Positions 62,010 to 64,000 of a stretch of 64,000 bases of DNA are shown here, piece by piece. A program made the position numbers and the translations under genes. Source of the stretch: Mobula hypostoma. Its lineage: Eukaryota. The stretch is taken from NCBI RefSeq assembly GCF_963921235.1, contig NC_086100.1, positions 202,804,001 to 202,868,000 of the forward strand, in the 5' to 3' direction. The first letter of the stretch is position 1. Every line of letters starts with the position of its first letter. Under the pieces are notes generated by a model, which searched no databases, was not told the DNA's origin, and saw only the letters and a program-made list of their open reading frames with translations.

Positions 62010-64000
62010 CAGAAACACAGAAACAGAAAACCTAGAGCGCAATACAGGCCCTTCGGCCCACAATGCTGTGCCGAACATGTACTTGCTTTAGAAATTACCT
62101 TGGATTACCCATATCCCTCTATTTTTCTAAGCTCCATGAACCCATCCAAGAGTCTCTTAAAAGACCCTATCATATCCGATTCCACCACCATCGCTGGCAG
62201 CCCATTCCATGCACTCACCACTCTCCGAGTAAAAAACTTAGCCCTGACATCTCCTCTGAACCTACTTCCAAGAACTTTAAAACTGTGCCCTTTTGTGTTA
62301 GTCATTTCAGCCCTGGGAAAAAGCCTCTGACTATCCACACGATCAATGCCTCTCATTATCTTGTACACCTCTATCAGGTCACCTCTCAACCTTCAACCTT
62401 CAGGTTGCTTCAAGGAGAAAAGGCCGCGTTCACTCAACCTGTTTTCATAAGGCAAGCTCCCCAATCCAGGCAACATACTTCTAAATCTCCTCTGCACCCT
62501 TTCTATGGTTTCCACATTCTTCCTGTAGTGAGGCGACCAGCACTGAGCACAGTACTCCAAATGGAGTCTGACCAGGGTCCTATATAGCTGCAACATTACC
62601 TCTCAGCTCTTTAACTCAGTCCCACAATTCATGAAGGCCAATGCACCGTATGCCTTCTTAACCTATGGACTCGGACCCCAAGATCCCTCTGATCCTCCAC
62701 ACTGCCAAGAGTCTTACCATTAATACTATATTCTGCCATCATATTTGACCTACCAAAATGAACCACCTCACACTTATCTGTGTTGAACTCCATCTGCCAC
62801 TTCTCAGCCCAGTTTTTCATCCTATCGAGGTCCCGATATAACCCCTGACAGCCCTCCACACTATCCACAATACCCTCAACCTTTGTGTCATCAGCAAATT
62901 TACTAACCCATCCCTCCACTTCCTCATCCATGTCATTATAAAAAATCATGAAGAGATGGGGTCCCAGAACAGATCCCTGAGGCACACCACCGGTCACTGA
63001 CCTCCATGCAGAATATGACCTGTCTACAACCACTCTTTGCCTTCTGCGGGCAAACCAATTCTGGATCCACAAAGCAATGTCCCCTTGGATCCCATGCCTC
63101 CTTACTTTCTCAATAAGCCTTGTATGGGTTACCTTATCAAATGCCTTGCTGAAATCCACATACACTGCATCTACTGCTCTTCCTTCATCAATGTGTTTAG
63201 TCACATCCTCAAAAAATTCAATTAGGCTCGTAAGGCACAACCTGCCTTTGACAAAGCAATGCTGACTATTCCCAATCATATTCTGCCTCTCCAAATGTGC
63301 ATAAACCCTGCCTCTCAGGATCTTCTCCATCAACTTACCAACCACTGAATTAAGACTCACTGGCCTATAATTTCCTGGGCTATCTCTACTCCCTTTCTTG
63401 AATAAGGAAACATCTGCAACCCTCCAATCCTCTGGAACCTCTCCCGTCCCCATTGATGAAACAAATATCATCGCCAGAGGGTCAGCAATCTCCTCCCTTG
63501 CTTCCCACAATAGCCTGGGGTACATCTCATCCGGTCCCGGTGACTTATCCAACTTGATGCTTTCCAAAAGCTTCACACATCCTCTTTCTTAATGTCTATA
63601 TGCTCTAGCTTTTCAGTCCACTGTAAGTCATCCCTACAATCGCCAAGATCCTTTTCAGTAATGAATACTGAAGCAACGTATTAACTAACTACCTCTGCTA
63701 TCTCCTCCGGTTCCATATACACTTTCCACTGTCACACTTGATTGGTCCTATTCTCTCATATCTTCTCCTCTTGCTCTTCACATACTTGTAGAATGCCTTG
63801 CGGTTTTCCTTAATCCTGCTCCCCAAGGCCTTCTCATGGCCCCTTCTGGCTCTCCTAATTTCATTCTTAAGCTCCTTCCTGCGAGCCTTATAATCTTCTA
63901 GATCTCTATCGTTACCTAGTTTTGTGAACCTTTCGTAAGCTTTTCTTGAATAGATTTACAATAGCCTTTGTACACCATGGTTCCTGTGCCCTACCATCCT
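62010..64000 (-). mobile_element. CR1 family A RT and 3' end, running off the right edge
   Basis: 315-aa ORF 62629..63576 with [19 protein letters not shown] and KFADDTK; downstream part frameshifted. Confidence 0.95.

Noticed and set aside
62629..63576. Intact or domesticated reverse transcriptase
   Set aside because: Partial ORF with deletions and frameshifts on both sides; an ordinary decayed CR1.

Overview
Eukaryotic (vertebrate) genomic DNA. The repeat content suggests a cartilaginous fish, probably a ray; this is an inference from CR1-dominated LINEs, a V-SINE, Penelope pieces and a Tc1 element. By eye roughly 90% of the window is decayed, heavily nested transposable elements: several CR1 families, Rex1/Babar LINEs, Penelope, Gypsy LTR elements, Harbinger, Tc1 and Tigger. 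There are also two large minisatellites. The only host coding sequence I can support is a 72-nt first coding exon of a rhotekin-family gene (RTKN or RTKN2) on the minus strand at 2847..2776, inside a CpG island and preceded by a short in-frame uORF. The most notable observations are four. (1) A miniature two-LTR Tf1/sushi-type element (31546-34199) with matching TSDs and a 12-nt self-priming signature instead of a tRNA PBS. (2) A Tigger element (49540-50362) whose sequence looks strikingly like mammalian MER2 and Tigger4/Zombi, a horizontal-transfer candidate recognised from memory that needs a database check. (3) A solo LTR inflated to 3.2 kb by an internal minisatellite. (4) A 7.5-kb C-rich/G-rich minisatellite. 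I found no intact retroelement ORF, CRISPR array, tRNA or rRNA gene. Boundaries of decayed repeats are approximate.
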